A DNA stretch of 64,000 nucleotides from Syntrophomonadaceae bacterium (GTDB taxonomy: Bacteria; Bacillota; Syntrophomonadia; Syntrophomonadales; Syntrophomonadaceae), in assembly GCA_012518685.1 (NCBI GenBank), contig JAAYRQ010000032.1, positions 446 through 64,445 on the forward strand, given 5' to 3'. The notes below the pieces were generated by a model. The model worked only from the letters and a program-made list of their open reading frames with translations. It ran no database searches and was not told the origin of the DNA. The translations under genes were made by a program, and so were the position numbers. Below are positions 12,150 through 22,036 of the stretch, in pieces. Each line of letters starts with the position of its first letter. Position 1 is the first letter of the stretch.

Positions 12150-13955
12150 TTATAAAGAGTATTTTTTTAATTCTTCTCTAAAGCCACCTGTAACTTGTTC
12201 TAACTGATGGACATAGGAAGTTAAGTCCTTAATTTTATCGGAGTACTCGGACACATTAGCACTCATTTCCTGACTAGAAGCCGAGTTTTCTTCGGCAATA
12301 GCCGCTAAAGTATGAAGGTTCTGGAATACCTCGCTAATATGTTTGGTTTCATCAGATAATTCTTCTACTAGATTTACTATCGTATCAGCTACCTTATTAA
12401 TATCTTCGGCTGCACTCATGTTATCGGCTACCGCAGTTTCTAGGCTTTTATTGCCGTTTTCTAATTGGACAAATTGCTTACCGATATCATCTACTAAGCC
12501 ATTAACTTGACTTACAAAATAAAGCAAGTTCTCATTGATAGTCCTAACCGCTTGTTTGACATCATCTGCCAGCTGGCGGATTTCGTCGGCGACTACCGCA
12601 AAGCCACGGCCTTGTTCGCCTGCCCTAGCGGCTTCAATCGCAGCATTAAGGGCTAACAAGTTAGTCTGGTCGGCAATTCCCTCGACGGTTGTAACGATTT
12701 CCATTATGTTTTCTACTCTAGTTGACAAATCTTCCCCTTGTTTATTGACATTCCCAAATTGTTCTTTGGTTTCTAATAAAAGATCAGCCACATTTTTTAC
12801 TTCGGCAAAAGAATTCTCTATATTAGTTACAGCTACTTCTAAACTGTTTTTCGATTCTAATTCTCGTTCGGCTAATTCGTTAAGGGTATCAATATTACCA
12901 GTTAATACACTGACTGATTTTTCCGTTTCGACAGCTTGATATACAGCCCCTTCTGATACTTGATGTACTACATTAGCTATAACATCTGATACTTCACTCA
13001 TTTCTTGGGCTATTTCACTGAATTTATGACTGAATGCGTATAAATCATCTGTGCCGCCTTTTAAGTAGAGAAAATCCTTTTGGATATTTTCTTTAAATTC
13101 ATCTAATCTAAGGCTAATATCTTCTAAGTTATCACTAGTAACGATGGGTACTGCCTTATAAAAATCAAAATCTTTTAAGTTAGTAGCTTGCTCATTTAAG
13201 CCTCTTAATGGTTTAGTGACTATAGTTGTTAATAGGTAAGAAAAGGCGAAAACCGCTATCGTGGAAATTAAAGAATTAATAGTAATTCCCTGAGTTATTA
13301 AAAAAACTACTAAGCTTAGTAAGCTAGTACCTGTAGCAATTTTAAGGGGAATAGTCTTTAAAAAGCCTAGTGACAGTAAGCTAGCGTACTTATATGTTCG
13401 GTTATAAGCTTCACCCTTTTCTAAGGATAAGCGAACTATGATAAAATGTTTATCACCCTCTTGCCCCTTGTTTACCACCTCTACCTGCAAATCTTCCTTA
13501 AAAAATTCAGAACAACCATCTAAAAGGCCTAGGAAGTATGAAAATAAGCCCCTGGTTGAAATGTAATGTAATTCTATTTGTTTGGCACTAATGCGGGTAG
13601 GAATAAGCCGAGGTGGATTAGCTCCTACTATTTTTTTTGTAAGTTGGGCATGTACTTCATCCATCATTAATAGGAAATCGCGTAAATTGCTTCTTTCAAA
13701 ATAGGAAGGATAGGCGGCATGGAATGAATAAACATTACTCTTCCCTATAGCCTTCCACACTTCATCCGTGCTTTTACTTACTTTCCTAGCGACTATTTCC
13801 ACAATTTTAAATGGTTCTTCATCAGGGATGTTTTCTGCTGGGGTTATGATTCTATGTGGTGACCAACCGAATTCCTGTAAAGCTTCATTTAATATATCCT
13901 CACCATAAAAAGTAGCAATACTATTAAACCAAGTATCTACAACAGTACCTTTCAA
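12150..13955 (-). CDS. H-NOX (heme NO/O2-binding) domain fused to a methyl-accepting chemotaxis protein
   Basis: The N-terminal ~185 aa align residue for residue with the Thermoanaerobacter tengcongensis H-NOX domain as recalled (MKGTVVDTW..., [23 protein letters not shown]). This is followed by two TM segments, HAMP and an MCP signalling domain. The TTG start at 13955 (RBS GAGGTG 6 nt upstream) gives the N-terminus MKGT. Confidence 0.9.
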   Translation of the reverse strand: MKGTVVDTWFNSIATFYGEDILNEALQEFGWSPHRIITPAENIPDEEPFKIVEIVARKVSKSTDEVWKAIGKSNVYSFHAAYPSYFERSNLRDFLLMMDEVHAQLTKKIVGANPPRLIPTRISAKQIELHYISTRGLFSYFLGLLDGCSEFFKEDLQVEVVNKGQEGDKHFIIVRLSLEKGEAYNRTYKYASLLSLGFLKTIPLKIATGTSLLSLVVFLITQGITINSLISTIAVFAFSYLLTTIVTKPLRGLNEQATNLKDFDFYKAVPIVTSDNLEDISLRLDEFKENIQKDFLYLKGGTDDLYAFSHKFSEIAQEMSEVSDVIANVVHQVSEGAVYQAVETEKSVSVLTGNIDTLNELAERELESKNSLEVAVTNIENSFAEVKNVADLLLETKEQFGNVNKQGEDLSTRVENIMEIVTTVEGIADQTNLLALNAAIEAARAGEQGRGFAVVADEIRQLADDVKQAVRTINENLLYFVSQVNGLVDDIGKQFVQLENGNKSLETAVADNMSAAEDINKVADTIVNLVEELSDETKHISEVFQNLHTLAAIAEENSASSQEMSANVSEYSDKIKDLTSYVHQLEQVTGGFREELKKYSL

Positions 13956-14133
13956 GTAGAACACCTCACTTGTATTTTTATAAATATTAAATATATAGTA
14001 ATTAATGGTTATACTAGCAAGTATAACAGAATAATTAATAAATTTGTAACCTTTTAAGGAAGGGAAAAGGGATCTTAATACGAAAAATAGTAAGGAATAC
14101 TTTTTATAGGAAAGGGGCTGGGAGACTTATATT

Positions 14134-14331
14134 ATGCAAAAACCAAGATTAAATATAGTAGGACTATTAAGTATAATAGCGTTTTTTTATTTTAGCTTTG
14201 ATTTGGCTTTACATACTTATGATTTTAAGGGTAAAGTAATAAGGTTAGGCTTAGCATTACTAGCCCTAGCCATCCCCTTACTAATGAAAGCAAGACGGGA
14301 AGGGTTTGGGGAAGACGAGGACGAACTCTAA
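14134..14331 (+). CDS. Small two-TM membrane protein (unknown)
   Basis: 65-aa ORF with two hydrophobic segments, an acidic tail and GGGAG upstream. No recognisable family. Confidence 0.35.
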   Translation: MQKPRLNIVGLLSIIAFFYFSFDLALHTYDFKGKVIRLGLALLALAIPLLMKARREGFGEDEDEL

Positions 14332-14610
14332 GTACCGTTTAGAAAAAGTATTATTAGCTCGAGGGGAAAACTAAATATATGAAGATATGAATACCTCGTA
14401 ACTAGACTTCGTATTGTGATATACCTGCTGCTCAAGTTCTTGAAAAAAGGGTACAGTGCCAAAATCACCTCCTGTTCAGTGGCACTTCTCGCCTCATCTG
14501 TGGGCTCGCCCCGTTTTTTCAACTCACTTTCGCAGGGTCTATCTACTCTACTTCGTCAACCAATTACTTCAATATTCATACCTTCCGTAATTTTAGTAAA
14601 GCTTTCTTGA

Positions 14611-14748
14611 TGTCATTCTGACACTTGATAGGGGGGAGAATGAATTCTCCGCTACTGAATTCGGAAGTGAGAGGGAAAGATCCTTCACTTCGTTCAGGAT
14701 GACATAATGAGGGGTTTAGGATATTGAGCGAGAAGTGCAGGATGACAT
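14611..14748. repeat. Cluster of REP-like GTCATYCTGA... elements (one forward, two reverse copies)
   Basis: GTCATTCTGACAC at 14612 (+). AGATCCTTCACTTCGTTCAGGATGAC at 14678-14703 (reverse). GAGCGAGAAGTGCAGGATGAC at 14726-14746 (reverse, partial). The same motif recurs at 35519 and 46396-46560. Confidence 0.65.
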
Positions 14749-14816
14749 AAGGCAAGGGTTTAGGAAAGCTACTATTACCACTGAGGAATAAGATTAACTA
14801 AGGAGTTATATAAGGA

Positions 14817-15893
14817 ATGAAAATAGCTTTGTCTGGTTATTATGGCTTTGATAATGCAGGTGATGAGGCATTACTCTCAGCTATAACTTCATCTATAAAA
14901 GAATTAGCACCAGAGGCAGAATTCGTTGTTTTTTCTGGTTCGCCAGTCAAGACCACAAATTTGCATGGTATTAAGGCTATTTATTATATGAATCCTTTCC
15001 TTTTAATAAAAGAATTAGTAAGTGCTGATTTATTAATTAGTGGTGGGGGTAGCATTTTTCAAGATGTAACTAGTACCAGATCCTTAATGTATTATATTTC
15101 TATAGTCGCCTTAGCTAAAATGCTTGGAACTCCAGTAATGTTTTATGCCCAAGGGGTAGGACCTATTAACCAAAGAGTTAGCCGTTTTTTAATGCGATTA
15201 GTTGCTAATAAGGTTGATTTCATAACAGTTAGGGACATGGAGTCGGGAGAACTTTTAACTAGGCTAGGAGTAACTAAGCCTCCTCGCAAAATTACAGCTG
15301 ATCCTGTTTTTGCTCTAAAGGCGGAGGAAAGAGATTACATAAAGACTGGAAAAATACTAGCAGAAATTAACCCTGAAAAGGCTAAGATGATAGGGGTATC
15401 AGTCCGTCAATGGCACGAATTAGCAGGCTATAGGACTGAATTAGCTAGGCTCTTAGATGATTTAGCAAATGATGCTTATAAGATTATTTTCATTCCTTTG
15501 GCATATCCTCAAGATATAGCAGAATCGGAAGAGGTGGCTAACTTAATGGTAAAGCAGCCTTATATACTTAATGAAGCATTAAGTAGTACAGAACACATAG
15601 CCTTAATAGCCCAGCTAGATTTTCTAATCGGGATTAGATTACATTCCTTAGTTTTTGCAGCCCAAGGTGGGATACCTTTTGCAGGAATATCCTACGACCC
15701 CAAGGTCACGGCTTTTTTGGAGACTTTTGGACAAAAACCCTTATCTTTAGATTATCCCCAAATGAAAATAGAACTGAGTGGATTACTTAATAATGTGAAC
15801 TTAAAAGAGGAAATTATTAATACTGCCCAGAGCTTAGCTGAAAAATCGGATGAGAATGCTAAGCTGGCTTTAGACCTTATAAGTCATAAATAG
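14817..15893 (+). CDS. csaB: Polysaccharide pyruvyl transferase CsaB
   Basis: N-terminus SGYYGFDNAGDEALL and ~358-aa length typical of CsaB. Genomic context includes SLH-protein and SCWP genes. Confidence 0.85.
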   Translation: MKIALSGYYGFDNAGDEALLSAITSSIKELAPEAEFVVFSGSPVKTTNLHGIKAIYYMNPFLLIKELVSADLLISGGGSIFQDVTSTRSLMYYISIVALAKMLGTPVMFYAQGVGPINQRVSRFLMRLVANKVDFITVRDMESGELLTRLGVTKPPRKITADPVFALKAEERDYIKTGKILAEINPEKAKMIGVSVRQWHELAGYRTELARLLDDLANDAYKIIFIPLAYPQDIAESEEVANLMVKQPYILNEALSSTEHIALIAQLDFLIGIRLHSLVFAAQGGIPFAGISYDPKVTAFLETFGQKPLSLDYPQMKIELSGLLNNVNLKEEIINTAQSLAEKSDENAKLALDLISHK

Positions 15894-15905
15894 AAAGGTA
15901 AAATA

Positions 15906-17411
15906 ATGGGAAAAGAACAGACTACAGGTAAAAATTTCATAGGGGTTACTATAGTAATATTTATCGCCAAACTATTAGGCTTTGCCCGTGACATATTTTT
16001 CGCCTTTGTTTTTGGTACTTCTGTATTAGCGGATATATTTCAGGCGATATTTAGTTTACCTAGTCTATTATTTTCTAGCATAGGTACTGCCATATCATCG
16101 GTTAATATTCCTAATCTAACTTATTATATATCTAGCAAGACACCTGAGGAAAGATATGCTTATATATCTCGGCTTTTTGCTCAAGTAACTTTTTGGGGTG
16201 CAGTAGTATCAGTAATAGGTATTATATTTGCCCCGACTCTGGCAAAATTAATTGTGCCTGGTATTGCTGGGGAAGCATACCAAATGGCAGTTATTATTAC
16301 CCGTATTATGATGCCGACTTTTCTTTTTGTCAATTTAACCTTTGTAGCGACTGGTATCTTACAGGTCCATGCTCATTTTTTACGGGCTGCAGCTATAAGC
16401 ATTCCTTTTAACATTTTAATAATCTTAGCATTAATCTTAAAAGGTAATGACATTGTCTTTATCAGTTATGTTACTACGGCAGGCTGGTTGTTCCAGTTTC
16501 TTATGCAATTACCTGTAATTATTAAGGAAAAGTACAGCTTTTTCCCATTTAATTTACAAAACAATTATACATTTGCCATGGTTAAGCAGTTAGTTCCCGT
16601 ATTATTGGGTAATTCGCTTTTACAATTATGCTTAATTATGGACCGCTCTTCTGGTACTCTACTAGATGAAGGGACTACAGCTGCTTTAGGTTTTGGGGGC
16701 AATCTTTTTGTAACTATTACTAGTGTATTTATAGTGGCTATGTCTAGTGTAGTCTTTCCGCGGATTTCTAAGTATTGCTTGGAAAAGGATTTTGTAGAAT
16801 TAAGGTTGATGTTAAGCAACATTTTTAAAATATTATTGTTTATTTTGATACCTTATTTGATTTATGTAGTAGCATATCATAATGAAATTATTACCCTAGT
16901 TTATGAAAGGGGTGCTTTTACTCGAGAATCTACTATAATTACAGCTTATGCATTTTTATTCTATAGTTTTGCAGTAGTGGGCTATGCTAGTCAAGAAATA
17001 TTCAATCGGGTTTTTTATGCCTTAAAGAAATTTAGTATTCCTATGCGGGTAAGTTTAGTCTGTTTAGCTATTAACCTGATTTTAAATAAAGTTTTGCTAT
17101 CTTATGGCATTATAGCTATTACAGGTGCAACTGCTTTTGCCTTACTAGTTTATGCGATTATAATGGCTTTTTTACTTAGGAAGGAGATAGGCAGCTTTTT
17201 AACCTATGATTTTTTAGTTTATTTGGCTAAGTTATCTATTCCTCTGTTTTTTATGTTAATAATCATTTTTATCTTTAAGTATTTAAAATTTTCTGGCTTA
17301 ATTATGGGCTTTTTATTACCCTTAGCGATAAGCGGTATTATGTATTTGCTGGTAGCTTATTTTACTAATTTAACAAAAGAATTTAACTTAAGGGAGGCAT
17401 CTAATTATTAA
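15906..17411 (+). CDS. murJ: MurJ/MviN-family (MOP superfamily) lipid-linked glycan flippase
   Basis: 501-aa polytopic membrane protein with a MurJ-like N-terminus (ARDIFFAFVFGTSVLADIF). Confidence 0.8.
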   Translation: MGKEQTTGKNFIGVTIVIFIAKLLGFARDIFFAFVFGTSVLADIFQAIFSLPSLLFSSIGTAISSVNIPNLTYYISSKTPEERYAYISRLFAQVTFWGAVVSVIGIIFAPTLAKLIVPGIAGEAYQMAVIITRIMMPTFLFVNLTFVATGILQVHAHFLRAAAISIPFNILIILALILKGNDIVFISYVTTAGWLFQFLMQLPVIIKEKYSFFPFNLQNNYTFAMVKQLVPVLLGNSLLQLCLIMDRSSGTLLDEGTTAALGFGGNLFVTITSVFIVAMSSVVFPRISKYCLEKDFVELRLMLSNIFKILLFILIPYLIYVVAYHNEIITLVYERGAFTRESTIITAYAFLFYSFAVVGYASQEIFNRVFYALKKFSIPMRVSLVCLAINLILNKVLLSYGIIAITGATAFALLVYAIIMAFLLRKEIGSFLTYDFLVYLAKLSIPLFFMLIIIFIFKYLKFSGLIMGFLLPLAISGIMYLLVAYFTNLTKEFNLREASNY

Positions 17412-19429
17412 TGTTTAAGAAAAATAAGGTTTTATGGTTTTTGCTAATCATTACTCTGCTAGGCTCTATAGCTGGAATATCTCTGCGTATGGCTAATGAA
17501 GCCCAAAATAAATCGCTGGTAATGACTATCGATTATCGGGAATTTGACAAGGTAGCAGCGAAGGCTAATGTCAATCTAGATACTCTCTTAGAAGAATTAA
17601 AAGCTAAGGGGCTTACTCGGGCCTCTGTTAAGGAAGTTAGCCTTAGAGATTTGGAGTTTGCTGGTAAAGTTGAGGTTAGACCTTTTGCCGAGGTTAAGGC
17701 TAGTATCATGAATGAAAACTACCGAGATTTTAAAGTAGTCTTACACCAGATAGGTGATATTCCTGTAAGTCCTGTTAATTTAACTATTATTACTAGTGAT
17801 AAGGATACTATTGAATTTTTGGAAGCTAATTTTAGTCGCCGCTATAAGGATGATGAGATAGTAAGCTTCAGCTTAGATGATAAGCATTATTTTGTAATTA
17901 ATACGGAAATAGCCCCTCCTGTTAAGACTAAGGAGGAGGAATTCCCTCAGGATGTTTTAATAGGATTTGACACTAGCTTAATGGATAAATTGGTTGCAGA
18001 CGGCTTTGAAATTGTATTATCCCCAGGGAATAGTACGGGGACTAATCTAGAATACATAGATGATTATCTGCCTATTATTGAGGATTATAATATTAGATAT
18101 GTAGTTATTAATGGGGAAGTTAGCGGTGCACCCGATAATATCGAGAAAATGGCTAAGTTAGTAAGTGATAATGACTTAATTATCGGACTTATTGAGATGC
18201 CTGTCCAGCTAGGCTTTTTAGAACAGAAGGGGCTTAAAACTTTAATTGAGGATACTAATTACCCTGTTAATAGGGTTTACTCAACCCGTAATGATGAATA
18301 TCTTAAAAATGTCGATGAACGCTATTATAGATGGGTAAGAGGGGTAGTTGATCGGGGAATTCGCATAATTCATGTGGTACCTTTTCAAAATGACAAATTA
18401 AGTTATAGTGAGAATTTAGAAGATACCGTAGAAGTTATTGGTCGCTTTAATGACACTATTCAGACCAAGGGTTATTCTATTAATAATCCTATTAACATTT
18501 TATCGGCGAAAACCCCTAATGCTGTTCATCAGCTCATGGTAGGACTTAGCTTGCTATTAGGATTTATATTATATTTGGCTTATTTATTTAAGATTAATCG
18601 CAGATATTTGCTGGCTTTACTAGGGCTAGGACTTTTAGGAATTGCTGGGCTAACCATAGGGCTAGCTGCAGATTTTAGCAAACTATATGCTTTGGCGGCG
18701 GCTATTTTATATCCCTCTTTGTCTAGCTTACTTTTACTTATTTATATAAGGGATAATTATGAACACGGCTTTTTTAGACAGGTATTTACCTCCTTATTCA
18801 TTATTTTAGGGATTAATGCGATAGGTATGTTTACCATTGTAACTAGTTTAGCTGACATTCGTTTTATTATGAATATCGAGTATTTTAGGGGGGTTAAGCT
18901 AGCCTTTCTCTTACCCTTACTCTTGTTTATACTTAATTATTTAGCGGTTTTCAGTGCTGATGAAGGGCTAGTTAAGTATTTAGCTAAATATTTTAGTAAA
19001 AAGCCTAATTATTTTATTCTAATGTTACTAGGCATAGGTGTAATAGCAGTTTACTATTATATTGGTCGTAGTGGCCACACTGCAGGTGTTAGTGTATCTT
19101 CTTTAGAATTAAGGTTAAGGGAAGTCTTGGAAAGTATCTTTACAGCCCGTCCTCGTTTTAAGGAGATTTTAATAGGTTATCCTTCCTTATTAGTTTTGGT
19201 CTATTTGTATCGTAAGTATAGGCATGAATTAATCGCCTTAGTTTTTGGTTTAGGGGTCATGATGGGCAGTATTTCTATGGTGAATAGCTTTGCCCATGTG
19301 TTTACAGCGGTTACTATATCCTTTAACCGTACTGTAGCTGGCTTGATTATAGGGCTGATTATAGCGGTCTTGGTTTTAGTCGGAGTAATGATTCTGGAGA
19401 AAATATATAAGTTGCTAATGGCTAGTTAA
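17411..19429 (+). CDS. Large membrane protein, DUF5693-like (unknown function, SCWP locus)
   Basis: 672 aa: signal anchor, ~350-aa extracytoplasmic domain, then about 9 TM segments. ATG overlaps the murJ stop (TAATG). The family name is recalled from csaB neighbourhoods and was not verified. Confidence 0.6.
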   Translation: MFKKNKVLWFLLIITLLGSIAGISLRMANEAQNKSLVMTIDYREFDKVAAKANVNLDTLLEELKAKGLTRASVKEVSLRDLEFAGKVEVRPFAEVKASIMNENYRDFKVVLHQIGDIPVSPVNLTIITSDKDTIEFLEANFSRRYKDDEIVSFSLDDKHYFVINTEIAPPVKTKEEEFPQDVLIGFDTSLMDKLVADGFEIVLSPGNSTGTNLEYIDDYLPIIEDYNIRYVVINGEVSGAPDNIEKMAKLVSDNDLIIGLIEMPVQLGFLEQKGLKTLIEDTNYPVNRVYSTRNDEYLKNVDERYYRWVRGVVDRGIRIIHVVPFQNDKLSYSENLEDTVEVIGRFNDTIQTKGYSINNPINILSAKTPNAVHQLMVGLSLLLGFILYLAYLFKINRRYLLALLGLGLLGIAGLTIGLAADFSKLYALAAAILYPSLSSLLLLIYIRDNYEHGFFRQVFTSLFIILGINAIGMFTIVTSLADIRFIMNIEYFRGVKLAFLLPLLLFILNYLAVFSADEGLVKYLAKYFSKKPNYFILMLLGIGVIAVYYYIGRSGHTAGVSVSSLELRLREVLESIFTARPRFKEILIGYPSLLVLVYLYRKYRHELIALVFGLGVMMGSISMVNSFAHVFTAVTISFNRTVAGLIIGLIIAVLVLVGVMILEKIYKLLMAS

Positions 19430-19447
19430 CTCGGGGGAAAAAGTTAA

Positions 19448-19502
19448 ACAGTCCCTATAGCTAATTTATTTTCTAAGGGACTGTAAGCTAGGGCCTTTTT
19501 TT
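19448..19502 (+). terminator. Possible terminator after the csaB-murJ-DUF5693 unit
   Basis: Stem ACAGTCCCT / AGGGACTGT with a 19-nt loop. A T-run (19496-19502) follows 11 nt later. Confidence 0.4.
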
Positions 19503-19634
19503 GCGTATTATTTTATAGCTTTTACTAGAAAGAGATATATTTTTGGTACTATATACCGAAAATTGCTATATGGACAAGCAACTAATCAAGGTGTTAGAAT
19601 TAGGCTAGTAATTGGTTTGGGGGTTTGTTTTATA

Positions 19635-20702
19635 ATGCCCATGTTTATATATGTGGTAGCGATATTGTCGGCATTTGTCATAGCCTACTTTACAGTACCT
19701 TTGGTAATAAGGTTAGCTTTTAAAATCGGGGCTATTGATAAGCCTGATGCTCGTAAAGTTCATAGTAATACGATGCCGAGATTAGGTGGGGTAGCTATTT
19801 TTATAGCCTTTTTACTACCCTTGTTCTTAGTTGTTGACAAAAGTCACTCTCCTTTTATAGGTATTATACTTGGAGGCTTAGTTATTTTTGCAGTAGGAAT
19901 TATTGATGACATATATCAGTTATCAGCTAAGGTGAAGCTGGTGGGACAGATACTAGCAGCTAGTATTGCCATTTATTATGGGGTAATGGTGCATTTTGTT
20001 ACCAACCCTTTCGATGGTTTGCTGAGCCTAGGTTTTTTAAGTATTCCTGTAACCTTATTATGGATAGTAGGGGTTACTAATGCCATTAACTTAATTGATG
20101 GTTTAGATGGACTAGCTGGGGGAGTCTCTATAATAGCTGCAGGAACTATGGGGATAATAGCCTTACTACAGGGACAACCAGAAGTGGCTTTTGCAGCATT
20201 TTTATTAGTAGCTGCAGTATTAGGCTTCCTGCCCTATAATTTTCATCCTGCTCAGACTTTTATGGGAGATTCGGGTTCTAATTTTTTAGGCTTTGTTTTG
20301 GGATGTCTAGCTATTATGGGAACGGCCAAGAGTGCCACGATGATATCCTTATTTATTCCGATTGTAATTTTAGGAATTCCTATTTTTGATACCTTTTTTG
20401 CCATCATTAGGCGTATTAATAAAAAGGCACCTATTTTTAAACCTGATAAAGAGCATTTACATCACCGTTTGCTATCCTTAGGGATGGGGCATACCCAGTG
20501 TGTATTGACCATATATGGTATTAGTGGAGTCTTTGCCTTAGTAGCTATCCTGTTAAGCATGACTACTAATCCGAAAGCTATGCTAGTTTTAGCCATTCTA
20601 TTATTTCTAATACTTCTGGGTGCAGATAGGATTGGTCTTTTAACTGGAGAAAAGGCGGTAGCAACTGCCCCAAAGCGGGAAACAGTAAAAAGGGAAATAT
20701 AA
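19635..20702 (+). CDS. tagO: Undecaprenyl-phosphate N-acetylglucosaminyl 1-phosphate transferase (TagO/WecA, MraY family)
   Basis: Motifs NAINLIDGLDGLAGG and FMGDSGSNFLGF in a polytopic protein. The start is uncertain (TTG 19563 or ATG 19635). Confidence 0.85.
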   Translation: MPMFIYVVAILSAFVIAYFTVPLVIRLAFKIGAIDKPDARKVHSNTMPRLGGVAIFIAFLLPLFLVVDKSHSPFIGIILGGLVIFAVGIIDDIYQLSAKVKLVGQILAASIAIYYGVMVHFVTNPFDGLLSLGFLSIPVTLLWIVGVTNAINLIDGLDGLAGGVSIIAAGTMGIIALLQGQPEVAFAAFLLVAAVLGFLPYNFHPAQTFMGDSGSNFLGFVLGCLAIMGTAKSATMISLFIPIVILGIPIFDTFFAIIRRINKKAPIFKPDKEHLHHRLLSLGMGHTQCVLTIYGISGVFALVAILLSMTTNPKAMLVLAILLFLILLGADRIGLLTGEKAVATAPKRETVKREI

Positions 20703-20768
20703 ATAAGAAAGGTTTTTTGGTAGATATCTCAAGATGACATAATAGCAAGGGAAAAAGGTGTTTTAATA

Positions 20769-21986
20769 ATGAATAAAGCTATGAAATATTTTAAATATGC
20801 CTTAATAACTGGTCTAGTTTTTGGTTTATTTTTTGGTATAGGTGCAGGGGTTACCTCTATGTTTTCTTCTTCTACTAATTTGCTTCTGGAAGATGGGGAG
20901 GAAAATGAAGAAGGTCTAACTAGGCAAGATGGTAAACTTACTAATATCTTAGTTTTAGGAGTAGATGCTAGACCGGGTGAAACGAAATCCCGTTCTGACA
21001 CGATGATGATAGTTTCTATTGATCCTAAACTAGATAAAGCTGCTATCATATCTATCCCCCGCGATACAAAGGTAGAAATGCCTGGAACTGATAATGACAA
21101 GATTTGTGTAGCCAATGTTATTGGTGGTCCTGAGTATGCGGTTAAAATGGTAGAAAAATTAACTAATACGAAGTTAGACTACTATGTAGAATTAGATTTT
21201 AAAGGCTTTAAAGAGGTAGTTGATATATTAGGCGGAGTTACGGTAAATGTGCCTGAACGGATGTATAAGCCTTCTGAGGATATTAACTTATACCCAGGCA
21301 CTAAAAAGCTAAATGGCAGAGATGCCTTGGCTTTTGTAAGATATAGGGATTATGTTAATGGAGATATTGACAGGGCTAATATGCAGCAATATTTTCTAAA
21401 GGCTTTGGCCGAGGAAATATTACAGCCTAAGACGATTACTAAACTTCCCAAACTAGTCAAACAGGCTAATTCGCATATTACTACTAATATGGGTGTGACC
21501 GATATGTTACGGATAGCTAGCTGGGCACCTGGTTTTACCGCGGATTCAGTTACTACCCAGACCCTTCCAGGTACCTTTTATGATGTAAGGGATGCTAATG
21601 GGATCCTGGTTAATAGCTATTGGATTGCAGACCAAGGGGCTCTAAAAGGCTTGGTAGATAATATGATGCAGGGCAAAACTGTAGCAGTTATTCAAGGGGT
21701 TAAACAAACTAAGTTACCCCCTGTAAATAATAATGAAGATGATGAGGATAAAAAAGCGGATGAGGAGGGCTCTACTAAAGAACGAGGCAAATTGCCTAGC
21801 CCAGGTCACAAGGATGACAAATCATCTGTAGGATATATAAAATCTGATAAAAACGAACAAGATAAGATAGAGGCAAAACCTAAGTCTGACCAAGATATGC
21901 CTGAGGAAGATTCACCTAAGGTAAAACCCGATACAAAAAGGGATAAATGGGAAGATAACTCTTTAGGGCCCGAAGGGTATATTTAA
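20769..21986 (+). CDS. LytR-CpsA-Psr (LCP) family cell wall polymer ligase
   Basis: Signal anchor plus LCP core (ILVLGVDARPGETKSRSDTMMIVSIDP, ISIPRDT). The C-terminal ~90 aa form a Lys/Asp/Glu-rich low-complexity tail. Confidence 0.9.
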   Translation: MNKAMKYFKYALITGLVFGLFFGIGAGVTSMFSSSTNLLLEDGEENEEGLTRQDGKLTNILVLGVDARPGETKSRSDTMMIVSIDPKLDKAAIISIPRDTKVEMPGTDNDKICVANVIGGPEYAVKMVEKLTNTKLDYYVELDFKGFKEVVDILGGVTVNVPERMYKPSEDINLYPGTKKLNGRDALAFVRYRDYVNGDIDRANMQQYFLKALAEEILQPKTITKLPKLVKQANSHITTNMGVTDMLRIASWAPGFTADSVTTQTLPGTFYDVRDANGILVNSYWIADQGALKGLVDNMMQGKTVAVIQGVKQTKLPPVNNNEDDEDKKADEEGSTKERGKLPSPGHKDDKSSVGYIKSDKNEQDKIEAKPKSDQDMPEEDSPKVKPDTKRDKWEDNSLGPEGYI

Positions 21987-22036
21987 ATACCCCCTATAAG
22001 TGAGATAAGGAAAATACACTTAGGAGAATAGTAGAT

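Noticed and set aside
14328-14610. Two overlapping 64-aa ORFs (14328..14522 minus, 14416..14610 plus) in the gap upstream of csaB.
   Set aside because: They overlap each other on opposite strands in a repeat-rich spacer next to REP-like elements, with no RBS and no recognisable family. They may be degenerate repeat sequence.
16193-16822. ORFs 16193..16411 (+) and 16565..16822 (-) inside murJ.
   Set aside because: They are alternative-frame or antisense ORFs within a continuous polytopic membrane protein gene, with no independent support.
20729-21115. 128-aa minus-strand ORF overlapping the LCP gene start.
   Set aside because: The LCP reading frame carries a clear conserved domain, and the antisense frame has no RBS or motif.
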